From Acaryochloris marina S15 (GTDB lineage: Bacteria > Cyanobacteriota > Cyanobacteriia > Thermosynechococcales > Thermosynechococcaceae), in assembly GCF_018336915.1 (NCBI RefSeq), contig NZ_CP064923.1, forward strand, positions 5,430,001-5,462,000: 32,000 bases of DNA, written 5' to 3'. Below the pieces are notes generated by a model, which saw nothing but the letters and a program-made list of their open reading frames with translations, was not told the origin of the DNA and did no database searches. A program made the translations under genes and the position numbers. Of this stretch, positions 8,317 through 16,698 are shown piece by piece; position 1 is the stretch's first letter, and every line of letters begins with the position of its first letter.

Positions 8317-8784
8317 ATGTTTTCGTTCATCCCTAGCTATAACAGCCTCCGGCAATATCCCGAACAAGGTGTGACCCTTTTAGAGCTATTAGTCAGTGTC
8401 GTTATTGTGGGTATTCTGTCTGCTGTGGCCGTGCCATCCATGTTGCAGCAATCTTTGAAAGCTCAACAAGCTGTCGCTCAAAGCTATATTGGCTCCGTTA
8501 ATCGCGCTCAGCAAACCTACCGACTAGAATTTCCAGTATTTTCCAATACCATGGCCAATCTCGAAATTGATTTGCCACTTGTATCAGATCAATATACCTT
8601 CCAATTTGGAATCACGAACTCTACTCTGGGAGAATTCCAAGCAATACCGAACAACAATGATTTAGATGCCATCACCGGCTGTGTCTTTGCCACAATAGTG
8701 GCAGGATCCTCTGCAACCACCACTAGCACGATGTTGGAACAATCTGGGACAGGGGTAGCACCTGCAGTTCCGCCGTCCTGTTAA
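8317..8784 (+). CDS. Type IV pilin-like protein with prepilin N-terminal cleavage/methylation motif
   Basis: QG|VTLLELLVSVVIVGILSAVAVP is a class III signal (Gly at -1, Glu at +5, hydrophobic helix). It is followed by the pilin-like IGSVNRAQQ core. The ORF opens at TTG 8272. The first ATG (8317) leaves a 20-aa leader. Confidence 0.75.
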   Translation: MFSFIPSYNSLRQYPEQGVTLLELLVSVVIVGILSAVAVPSMLQQSLKAQQAVAQSYIGSVNRAQQTYRLEFPVFSNTMANLEIDLPLVSDQYTFQFGITNSTLGEFQAIPNNNDLDAITGCVFATIVAGSSATTTSTMLEQSGTGVAPAVPPSC

Positions 8785-9796
8785 TATCTAGCGGTTGAAT
8801 ATTGTAGTGTTCCTGAATAGCTGTAATAGGCTGCTCCAACAATTCTGAGAAAGACCAGTAGGGGCTGAACAAGTCTTGACGAACGGCAGTCCCTTGCACA
8901 AAGGCCTGGATCACCAAACTCGGGACAAAATTATTTTGACTCGGCTCCAAAACACCCAAGGTGGTGAATTCTAAGCCCAGGTGAAAATCCAACACCACCT
9001 CTAGCAACAACTCAAACCCAAATTGACTGCCACTCATGCCCGCTTCAAAACCCGCCACCACAATTTCGCCGACGGGGCTGGTATCAATACCCGATAACAA
9101 ATGAATCAGATCATGAGGCACCAGGATATCGCTAAAGCTTTTCTGCTCGCCGGGTAAGGGAAAGTTGCGATCGCGATAGTACTGATACAGCTCTTTCCCC
9201 AAGGTGCCATCGGGTAAATCTTCTAAAACTTGATACTGACAGGCCGTTTCAGGATCACCGATATATTGGTGCATGGCGCTAACAATACACTTCAGTTTCT
9301 GCCACCATCCGCCTGGCAAGAGTTTGACTAGGGATCGCACCGAGTAATCCCAAAATAACCCTCGCAATTGTCCAGCATGCACCCGCTGTAAGCTCTTCAA
9401 GGTATGGGGTTGATGTGGGCAACCTTGGGCAAACTGCTGCACTAAGTCCACTTCAGCTTGCTCAACCTCCATCGATAGGTAAGGCATCAGGATCAAAAAT
9501 TGCAGGGCCAGCTCTTGATACCTACCTATTAATTCACGCCCCAATATTTCTGGACTAATTATAGGTAGGTCCTCAATCGACCCTTGCCATTGGAGCAGAT
9601 GGTCTTGAATCGACTGCATCATGTCTCTGGCTAAGGGATGCATGGGTTGTTGTCCCTGAAGGGTGGCAACCGTTTTCAGACTAGATAGTAGTGTGACTGA
9701 CTGATGCTCATTCCAAACCATACCTTGAAAGTAAGGTGGACTGGGGACTTGAGTGGAAGAAGAAGTAGGGTTGACGGGCGTAGCGATAGTCGACAT
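8723..9796 (-). CDS. Coq4-family-like protein (H-D-x-x-H-x11-E metal motif) with N-terminal extension
   Basis: The listed ORF (to 10132) runs antisense through tetR, so I start it at ATG 9796 (MSTIATPV, 357 aa). It contains LEDLPDGTLGKELYQYYRDRNFPLPGE followed by VPHDLIHLLSGIDTSPVGE, which is H-D-x-x-H-(11 aa)-E. Both are hallmark Coq4/COQ4 family elements. Confidence 0.6.
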   Translation of the reverse strand: MSTIATPVNPTSSSTQVPSPPYFQGMVWNEHQSVTLLSSLKTVATLQGQQPMHPLARDMMQSIQDHLLQWQGSIEDLPIISPEILGRELIGRYQELALQFLILMPYLSMEVEQAEVDLVQQFAQGCPHQPHTLKSLQRVHAGQLRGLFWDYSVRSLVKLLPGGWWQKLKCIVSAMHQYIGDPETACQYQVLEDLPDGTLGKELYQYYRDRNFPLPGEQKSFSDILVPHDLIHLLSGIDTSPVGEIVVAGFEAGMSGSQFGFELLLEVVLDFHLGLEFTTLGVLEPSQNNFVPSLVIQAFVQGTAVRQDLFSPYWSFSELLEQPITAIQEHYNIQPLDINRTAELQVLPLSQIVPTSC

Positions 9797-9826
9797 AGTT
9801 GCTCCCCTAATAGCGATATCTTTATA

Positions 9827-9846
9827 TTGACCGACCAGTCGGTCAA
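9827..9846. promoter_or_regulatory. Perfect 9-2-9 inverted repeat, candidate TetR operator
   Basis: TTGACCGAC-CA-GTCGGTCAA lies in the 111-bp divergent intergenic region. It is 31 nt from the Coq4-like start and 62 nt from the tetR start. Confidence 0.5.
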
Positions 9847-9907
9847 ATGTCAAGTGAGAGTATGAAATGCCTACAGCAAAAGACACAGGAACAGCTATGA
9901 TGACGCC

Positions 9908-10516
9908 ATGAGTCCCAAAATTGTTGACCGAGAAGCCAAACGACAGGCAATTCTGGCCGCTGCGATCGCAGTCTTCGCAGAGAAAGGGTATCACTCCACT
10001 AAGATGGCCGATATTGCCCGTAAAGCTGAGATGGGCAAAGGCACACTCTACGAGTATTTCCGCACCAAGGAAGAACTCCCCAAAAGCATTTTTAGCCTGA
10101 TGGTACAGGAGTTCGATCAACAAATTTCGCAACTAGAGGAAGCTCATTCCGATCCAGTTGAGGCCATCATGGCAGGAATTCAGCTCTGTTTTCAGGATCT
10201 TGATGAGTTCGCCTATATCACCCCCTTAGTCTTCGAGATTCTGGGTAACAAGGAGCTGGATCGATCAATTGGGTTAAGTGAAGACTTTGAACAGTGGATG
10301 GAGTGCTTAAATCAGTTCTTTATTACTCACATTCAAGCCGGTCAAGCCCAAGGGCAAATCTCATCTACTCTCTCGGCTCCCATTTTTGCTCGCATGCTGG
10401 TGAGTACCTTAGATGGGATGGCCACCCACTACTGTATGTTCCACCTTCAACCGAAGTTTTTTACAGCTCAAGTCAAAGTACTAGAGGATATGGTCCGCTC
10501 TTATATCAAAACTTAA
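9908..10516 (+). CDS. TetR/AcrR family transcriptional regulator
   Basis: N-terminal HTH signature: RQAILAAAIAVFAEKGYHSTKMADIARKAEMGKGTLYEYFRTKEEL. At 202 aa it has the typical size. Confidence 0.9.
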   Translation: MSPKIVDREAKRQAILAAAIAVFAEKGYHSTKMADIARKAEMGKGTLYEYFRTKEELPKSIFSLMVQEFDQQISQLEEAHSDPVEAIMAGIQLCFQDLDEFAYITPLVFEILGNKELDRSIGLSEDFEQWMECLNQFFITHIQAGQAQGQISSTLSAPIFARMLVSTLDGMATHYCMFHLQPKFFTAQVKVLEDMVRSYIKT

Positions 10517-10754
10517 GCAGTGGTTTCAACACTGACACAATGGTGCCCACCTAAATTTTTAACGAACTCTAACTTATTTATCCCGTTCAGTATTCGCTAT
10601 AGTCTCCAAGCAATTTTCCCAAACTTGCTCACTCTCAATTTTGGCTAAGAATCCTACTGAAAAACAGGATGATTTTTTCATTGCTAGCTTGTCACGTTTT
10701 CACTCTCTCAACAAACGTTTGGTCATTTCTATAATCAAGCAAAAAGCAGGTTAA

Positions 10755-10771
10755 CTTATCAATATGATAAG
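10755..10771. promoter_or_regulatory. 7-3-7 inverted repeat upstream of higB (possible HigA operator)
   Basis: CTTATCA-ATA-TGATAAG lies 59 nt upstream of the higB ATG. Confidence 0.3.
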
Positions 10772-10829
10772 ATTGTCAGTGACTGCAACTAGAGCCGAAC
10801 AATGAAATATATTTTTCGACAAAATCGAC

Positions 10830-11132
10830 ATGCGAATTATTTCAGACTCTCGCCTACGAGCAGCTTCCGCAAAATCCCCTAATTCTCAGTCCAGTGTCAG
10901 AGCGTGGATCAAGATTACAAAATTCGCCAATTGGCAAACCCTTGAAGATACACGTCAGACTTTTCCAAACGCTGATCTAGTAGGTAAGTTGACCGTCTTT
11001 AACATCGCCGGAAATAACTATCGACTGATCACTCTCATTGACTATCAGCAAAGCAAAGTATTTATCCGTCATTTTTTAACCCATGCCGAATACGACAAAG
11101 GCAAGTGGAAATATGATTCTTGGAACAAATGA
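10830..11132 (+). CDS. higB: HigB-type mRNA interferase toxin (type II TA)
   Basis: VFNIAGNNYRLITLIDYQQSKVFIRHFLTHAEYD aligns by eye with E. coli HigB (VFNVGGNELRVVAMVFFESQKCYIREVMTHKEYD). 100 aa. Confidence 0.8.
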   Translation: MRIISDSRLRAASAKSPNSQSSVRAWIKITKFANWQTLEDTRQTFPNADLVGKLTVFNIAGNNYRLITLIDYQQSKVFIRHFLTHAEYDKGKWKYDSWNK

Positions 11133-11529
11133 TGCATCTACCTACGAAAGCTTGGTACAAGAATTTATACCCCGACCAATTCACACCGATCAGCAGCTAC
11201 AAGCTGTCCAAACTAGAATTGATACCCTGATAGATTTAGAGCGTGAACTCACACCTGATGAAACGGACTATCTGGATCTTTTAGGCACTCTCGTCTGGGA
11301 ATATGAGCAAACTTTAGAAGCTATTCCCGATATCTATGGGGTGGACTTACTGAAAGTTTTAGTTGAGGACAGAGGGCTAAGACAAAAAGATCTAGTACCT
11401 ATTTTTAAAGCTGAATCGATCATCTCAGATATTTTTAAGGGACGGAGACAACTCACAACTAGACATATCCAGGAATTAGCGGAGTATTTTGCTGTGTCTC
11501 CTGCAGCTTTTTTCCCTCTCAACAGTTAA
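11113..11529 (+). CDS. higA: HigA-type HTH antitoxin
   Basis: C-terminal XRE-like HTH: LRQKDLVPIFKAESIISDIFKGRRQLTTRHIQELAEYFAVSPAAFF, compared with E. coli HigA SRVLSGKRKLTLEHAKKLATRFGISPALF. In-frame starts lie at 11083 and 11113. Both overlap the higB 3' end. Confidence 0.75.
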   Translation: MILGTNDASTYESLVQEFIPRPIHTDQQLQAVQTRIDTLIDLERELTPDETDYLDLLGTLVWEYEQTLEAIPDIYGVDLLKVLVEDRGLRQKDLVPIFKAESIISDIFKGRRQLTTRHIQELAEYFAVSPAAFFPLNS

Positions 11530-11688
11530 CGCTTATTGCTATCGTAAAAAGCCTAAATCCCATGGGACAAGGGATACCCCTAAGAGAATCTAGACTTTGG
11601 GTTGATGATTTCTATAAACGAAAACCTCACTGGCCAAAGAACGGCTTATTATGAAGGAACATTAAGATAGTATTCTTCATTATTTGCC

Positions 11689-12591
11689 ATGACCACTCAG
11701 GTACCCACCAGCCCACCACTTGAAATTAAAACTTGGATTTGGCGAGGTCACCAGATTAAGTACACCGTCAAAGGCACCGGACAACCGATGGTTTTGATTC
11801 ATGGCTTTGGCGCTTGTATTGGTCACTGGCGCAAAAATATTCCTGAGCTGGCCGAAGCCGGATACCAGGTCTGGAGTTTAGATTTACTAGGCTTTGGCGA
11901 CTCTGATATGCCTGCCATCGATTACACCCTAGAAGTTTGGCAAGACCTATTCAAAGACTTTTGGGAAGAGTTTATCCAAGAGCCCGCCGTCTGGGTAGGG
12001 AACTCCATTGGCGGACTGCTGGTATTAATGATGTTGGCCGACCATCCCCAAATGGGCACCAGTGGTGTTTTGCTCAACTCCGCTGGCAGTATGAATATTC
12101 GCAGAGAAGAAGCGATCTTGCCCCTGCGGATGGTCATGGGTCCCATGCGGATGATGATGCGCTCTAAGCTGTTCGGTCCATTTTTCTTTAACCAAGTTCG
12201 AGGCAAACGCGCCATTCGCAACTCCCTCTCCCAAATCTATGGCAACAAAGAAGCCATTACAGATGAGTTAGTGGAGATGCTTCACAATCCGTCTTGCCGG
12301 GAAGAAGCCTGTCAGGTCTTCCTATCTGTTTTGACCGGGCCACCAGGACCTCGTCCCACCGAGTTGCTTCCTCGCATTAAGCAACCCTTACTTCTGCTTT
12401 GGGGCGAAGACGATCCCTGGGCCGCTTTGCGCACAGCCAAGGTCTATCGAGATTTGAGTGAAGATCCGAATGCCGAGCCTAAAGTCACCTTTGAAATCAT
12501 TGCCAAAACCGGACATTGCCCCCACGATGAGCGCCCCGATGTCATCAATCCGATGATTATTAATTGGCTCAAGGATCTGCAGGCTGCCTAA
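11689..12591 (+). CDS. Alpha/beta-fold hydrolase
   Basis: MVLIHGFGACIGHWRKNIPELA...LDLLGFGDSD, a nucleophile elbow (VGNSIGG), and a C-terminal GHCPHDERPD. 300 aa. Confidence 0.8.
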   Translation: MTTQVPTSPPLEIKTWIWRGHQIKYTVKGTGQPMVLIHGFGACIGHWRKNIPELAEAGYQVWSLDLLGFGDSDMPAIDYTLEVWQDLFKDFWEEFIQEPAVWVGNSIGGLLVLMMLADHPQMGTSGVLLNSAGSMNIRREEAILPLRMVMGPMRMMMRSKLFGPFFFNQVRGKRAIRNSLSQIYGNKEAITDELVEMLHNPSCREEACQVFLSVLTGPPGPRPTELLPRIKQPLLLLWGEDDPWAALRTAKVYRDLSEDPNAEPKVTFEIIAKTGHCPHDERPDVINPMIINWLKDLQAA

Positions 12592-13943
12592 ACCAAAATC
12601 TGGCCATTGCTATTGATGACTTGTTGATACCAGTGAGCTGAGTCTTTGAGGGTCCGCTGCTGGGTCTCATAGTCTACGTAAATAATGCCGAATCGTTTGT
12701 CATAACCAAAGGCCCACTCAAAGTTATCCATAATCGACCAGAGGAAATAGCCTTTGCTCTCAATGCCATCATCAATAGCTCGGCCATAGGCTTGCAGATA
12801 TCGAGTCAGAAAATCGATCCGTTGTGGATCATGGACCTGGCCATCCCTATGAACCCAGTCACAGTTCGCCATGCCGTTTTCTGTAATCACAATGGGCAAT
12901 TGATACCGTTCATAGATAAACCGAGGCCCCCAATACAGGGCTTCTGGAGTAACAGGCCAATCCATAGTGGTTCGGGGTCCCCCTGATGGGTGGACTATAG
13001 AGGTCGCACTCTTGTCTGAATTCGCACGAACGGTCTGACCCTGATAAATATTGAGGCCATAGAAATCCAGAGGTTGGCAGATTGTTTCTAAATCACCCGA
13101 TTGAATAGTGGGCATGATCTGCTGAAATCGGGCCATGCCATCTTCAGGATAGTGCCCCAAGATCAACGGATCGGCAAACCAAGTATTGTTCCAGCAATGC
13201 TTACCGTTGACGGCTAAGGTGCTGGCTCGGGCTGCAGCAATATCATCAGGATGATCGGTGGCAGGGATAGAGACAATGCCCACTAAAGCCGTTCCGATTT
13301 GGGGAGAACGTTTGGCCTGGGTTCGAATTACCTGCACTGCTTTCCCATGAGCCAGCAAGGAATGATGAATTGCCGTCAGTACTTCACTAAAACTAAGTTT
13401 GAGACCAGGGGCATGGTCTCCGGATTGGTGGCCCAAGCCAATAAAGCATTGGGGTTCATTATGCGGCATCCAGTGGGTGACTCGGTCTGAGAGCCGATCT
13501 ACTACGACTTGAGTATATTCCGCAAACCAATCCGCACTGTCCCGATTTAGCCAGCCTCCTTTTTGAAATAAGGCTTCTGGATAATCCCAGTGAAAGAGCG
13601 TCACCCAAGGTTCAATATTGTGTTCGAGTAGGGTATCGATGATGCGATCGCAATAATCTAGCCCCTTCTCATTCACTGGCCCAATGCCCTCTGGCAAGAT
13701 GCGCGGCCAGGATAAAGATAGACGATAAGCCTGCAAGCCAATATCAGCCATCAACTGAATATCTTCTGCATACCGATGGTAGTGATCACAGGCAACCGCC
13801 CCCGTATGCCCCCCAGCCACTTTATGGGGTTGGCGACACATCACATCCCAAACCGAAAGGCCCTTGCCATCTGCCTCGGCCCCTCCCTCAATTTGATAAC
13901 TTGCAGCAGCAGCCCCCCAGACAAACTGTTCAGGAAATGGCAT
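12588..13943 (-). CDS. Glycoside hydrolase family 1 beta-glucosidase
   Basis: FPEQFVWGAAAASYQIEGG at the N-terminus, an acid/base motif (HNEPQC), a nucleophile motif (VITENGMA), and WSIMDNFEWAFGY near the C-terminus. Confidence 0.9.
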   Translation of the reverse strand: MPFPEQFVWGAAAASYQIEGGAEADGKGLSVWDVMCRQPHKVAGGHTGAVACDHYHRYAEDIQLMADIGLQAYRLSLSWPRILPEGIGPVNEKGLDYCDRIIDTLLEHNIEPWVTLFHWDYPEALFQKGGWLNRDSADWFAEYTQVVVDRLSDRVTHWMPHNEPQCFIGLGHQSGDHAPGLKLSFSEVLTAIHHSLLAHGKAVQVIRTQAKRSPQIGTALVGIVSIPATDHPDDIAAARASTLAVNGKHCWNNTWFADPLILGHYPEDGMARFQQIMPTIQSGDLETICQPLDFYGLNIYQGQTVRANSDKSATSIVHPSGGPRTTMDWPVTPEALYWGPRFIYERYQLPIVITENGMANCDWVHRDGQVHDPQRIDFLTRYLQAYGRAIDDGIESKGYFLWSIMDNFEWAFGYDKRFGIIYVDYETQQRTLKDSAHWYQQVINSNGQILV

Positions 13944-14144
13944 CTTTGTCTCCTCCTATAGCAACAAACCTGATTCAGCATAGACCACTCTTGTTTGCGG
14001 TATGTTACAGCCCCCACATCATGGCGATCCCCTTGCGATCCCCTCCACTGAGGGGGTTAGGGAAATCCTTGTGACTAGGTTCAATTATTCATGTGAGATA
14101 TGTCACTGAGTCGCCCTAGTAAAGCTGGCATTGTCTAGACATAG

Positions 14145-15131
14145 ATGTTCTGGGGAATACCCAAGATGGTTAGCACTTGTATCGCACCGACACCCACTTT
14201 ACTCAATAATCGCTACCAGATTATTCGCATCCTTGAGGACGGGCCCTGGAGTATTGCATGGTTGGCTGAGGATACACAGCTTCCTTCTCGACGGCAATGC
14301 ATTATCCGCCAGGTCAAGCCCCTCACCGCAGATGCTGACATTCAAAAACAGCTTTGCGATCGCATCCAAGCCGAAATCGAAATCTGGCAAAAGCTAGGTG
14401 GCATCCATGACCAAATTCCTTGGTTATCCAGTTTTGCCGATAGCACTGGCCAAGTCTATCTCATGGAAGAATGGGTGCCAGGACTGACCCTCACCCAAAC
14501 CGTGCAAGAACAAGGCGCATTAGACGAAGCCACTGTTCAACAGATCATGACCAAGCTGCTGTCTCTCGTCGATTATTTACACCAAAATCAAATCGTCCAC
14601 TGCACCTTGGAACCCAACAATATCGTGTTGCGGCAAGACGACAACAAGCCCGTCCTCCAGTACGGCGGCATGTTAAATCAGGTGATCGCCAACACATTTT
14701 TGGACAACAATATTCGGCCCAACCCTTGGATGTCCACCTCTGGCTTCCTGCCCCATGAGCAGGTCATCCTCGACCAACACTATTACTCCAGCAACCTTTA
14801 CAGCCTGGGTCTGATCGGCATTTATTTGTTGACCGGGAAAGACCCCTACGATCTGTTTAACCTCAACACCGGGTCCTGTGATTGGAACACCCAGACCTTA
14901 GCCCAAGATTCAGCCTTTGCTGCCATTTTGAACAAGGCGATTGCTCGGTTCCCAGGAGAGCGATTCCTGACGGCTCGGCAAATGATGAAGGCTTTGGCTG
15001 CTCCAGGGCAATTCGTTCAACAATCCCTCTCGGTTCACTCCACTCTAGTGGAGCAAATGGGAGCCTATTTAGATTCATGCCTTCTGAGTCTAAATCCCTC
15101 TGAGCCGCCCCTCAATTCCTATTCTGGGTAA
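14145..15131 (+). CDS. Stand-alone Ser/Thr-kinase-fold protein, predicted catalytically dead (pseudokinase)
   Basis: It aligns by eye with the cyanobacterial Hanks-kinase pattern (LLNNRYQI..., QIPWLSSF, YLMEEWVPGLTL, LHQNQIVH). Every catalytic element is replaced. The G-loop GxGGFG is EDGPWS. The VAIK Lys is IIR. HRDIKPxN is HCTLEPNN (14598-14621). DFG is YGG. Confidence 0.7.
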   Translation: MFWGIPKMVSTCIAPTPTLLNNRYQIIRILEDGPWSIAWLAEDTQLPSRRQCIIRQVKPLTADADIQKQLCDRIQAEIEIWQKLGGIHDQIPWLSSFADSTGQVYLMEEWVPGLTLTQTVQEQGALDEATVQQIMTKLLSLVDYLHQNQIVHCTLEPNNIVLRQDDNKPVLQYGGMLNQVIANTFLDNNIRPNPWMSTSGFLPHEQVILDQHYYSSNLYSLGLIGIYLLTGKDPYDLFNLNTGSCDWNTQTLAQDSAFAAILNKAIARFPGERFLTARQMMKALAAPGQFVQQSLSVHSTLVEQMGAYLDSCLLSLNPSEPPLNSYSG

Positions 15132-15204
15132 GCCTCTCCTCCCAACATCTTGAGTTTGCTTTGGGTGATACCCATCACGTTAATAGCGTGATAGCTCTCA
15201 GTCA

Positions 15205-15237
15205 GGTCAGTGATGATTCTCATCGCTGACCTTTTTT
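15205..15237 (+). terminator. Rho-independent terminator after the pseudokinase gene
   Basis: A 12-bp stem (ggtcagtgatga with tcatcgctgacc, one G-U pair), a 3-nt loop, then TTTTTT (15232-15237). Confidence 0.65.
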
Positions 15238-15350
15238 AGATCTGGGATGCTATGCATATCCCCCAAAAAGAAGAACCCATAGTTCCGCAAAGGGTTTGCA
15301 ACTCGGGTTTACTTCCCAAATGAGGGTATTGATGACTGAGAGAAAATGAA

Positions 15351-15890
15351 ATGGTTAGCAATTTCTTAAACAAAAACACTCAACGCTCCAAAACCTATTG
15401 GCATCTTCAACAAAGCGGCACAGCCCTACAAACAACATGGGTGAACTCAACCCAACCCCTGCAAGCCACCTCACCTAAACGCGATCACGGTAAAGTTGCA
15501 CGTTCTACTGATGTTCGATCTTCACTGTTCCAAGCCTTAAGCACCACGCCCGACACCCCCTCTCTAGGAGAGCTGATCGCCCTCTCTTGCCACCGTCTAG
15601 TTTCATATATTCAGCTATCTAGCTTTCTACCCCTCTATGTCAAGCAAGCCTGGATTCGGCAAATTAGAGTGATTGATTTACAGCGCTGGCAAGCTGGGTT
15701 AGCCATTCTAGAAGAGCTATCTTTCGATCACCGCTGCGCTCAGACAGACTATCGCCCTGGCCATGACATCTTTGATTACAACAGCAGCCAGAACCAGGAT
15801 TTCAATGCCGAGATGACTTGTATTGAGCATGAACTCAATACCATTGAAATGATCCTCAACTATGCTGAAGACTCCGCTGAAGCCAGCTAG
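15351..15890 (+). CDS. Hypothetical soluble protein (no recognisable family)
   Basis: 179-aa ATG ORF with no TM segment and no motif I recognise. It lies between two terminator-like elements. Coding status rests on ORF length only. Confidence 0.4.
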   Translation: MVSNFLNKNTQRSKTYWHLQQSGTALQTTWVNSTQPLQATSPKRDHGKVARSTDVRSSLFQALSTTPDTPSLGELIALSCHRLVSYIQLSSFLPLYVKQAWIRQIRVIDLQRWQAGLAILEELSFDHRCAQTDYRPGHDIFDYNSSQNQDFNAEMTCIEHELNTIEMILNYAEDSAEAS

Positions 15891-15934
15891 AACATCAGCC
15901 ACCCAATCAATCCAAGCATGAGAAGCCATTGATC

Positions 15935-16216
15935 ATGGGAGCAGTCTACCTGCATAAACTTTTCTTTTTATTCGGCCTATCCATCTTATGTGCGCTGATC
16001 TTTATCCCTTTGCTCACTGCCAATTTACCAGGTTGGCTATTTCTCATCACTCTCCCTGTTGGCGCAATTATTTATATTGTGTTTCAGGCAGGCTTTGATC
16101 GCCTCACCGAATCGTTCAAAGGATCAATGGGTAAGGTCGTCTGCTTCACCATATGTATGGTAGGCGGCATAGTGGGTGCAATGATGTTGGAGTTACTGAA
16201 ATCTCTACTGGGTTAA
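15935..16216 (+). CDS. Small three-TM membrane protein (hypothetical)
   Basis: The ORF opens at TTG 15929. The ATG at 15935 gives MGAVYLHKLFFLFGLSILCALIFIPLL..., with three hydrophobic helices. No family recognised. Confidence 0.45.
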   Translation: MGAVYLHKLFFLFGLSILCALIFIPLLTANLPGWLFLITLPVGAIIYIVFQAGFDRLTESFKGSMGKVVCFTICMVGGIVGAMMLELLKSLLG

Positions 16217-16502
16217 GGGATTGATTTTGGTCTGACTCTGTTGCAAAATTCGTCGCGTACTATTTATCTTGCATGCACCACCAGCCCGACATGTTCAACA
16301 ATAGACGCCAACGATGAACTGAACTAGCTTCCGTTAGTTCCCTCATCGCCGCTAGCTTGATAGATTGCATCGGTATCCGTCATTGAGAGAACTCCCAAAG
16401 CAAGCATTATAATTTGCCCCTAGCCAACTGCAAAACACGCCTATCAGCAGCTCACAGCCTGATTGATATTGGCCGTAAATTCACTCTAGATTTTATACAG
16501 TC

Positions 16503-16545
16503 AAAAATAAACAAGATAGAGGACGTTATCTTGTCTATTTTCATT
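16503..16545. terminator. Weak AU-rich hairpin flanked by an A-run and a T-run (bidirectional terminator shape)
   Basis: Stem acaagata (16511-16518) with tatcttgt (16527-16534) and an 8-nt loop. tcaaaaataa lies upstream and ctattttcattcttttt downstream. Only 2 G-C pairs. Confidence 0.35.
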
Positions 16546-16698
16546 CTTTTTGGGGAATTCTAAGCCAATACTCAAATCCTTGTCTTCAATTGCGATTACC
16601 TTCTACGCCAACACCAGCAACGATTAATCCAAAAAATCCAGACATCATGGCTACAACCCATGCACTATCCATCTTTTAAGCGACTACGGAGTTAGTGA

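Noticed and set aside
9797-10132. N-terminal 112 codons of the listed 469-aa ORF (8723-10132)
   Set aside because: This part runs antisense through the tetR coding region and across the operator-containing intergenic region. An internal ATG at 9796 gives a sensible divergent gene pair.
12588-12591. Overlapping stop codons of the convergent hydrolase and beta-glucosidase genes (cTAa / CTA)
   Set aside because: The overlap is real but is a trivial consequence of compact convergent genes. There is no structure or signal to interpret.
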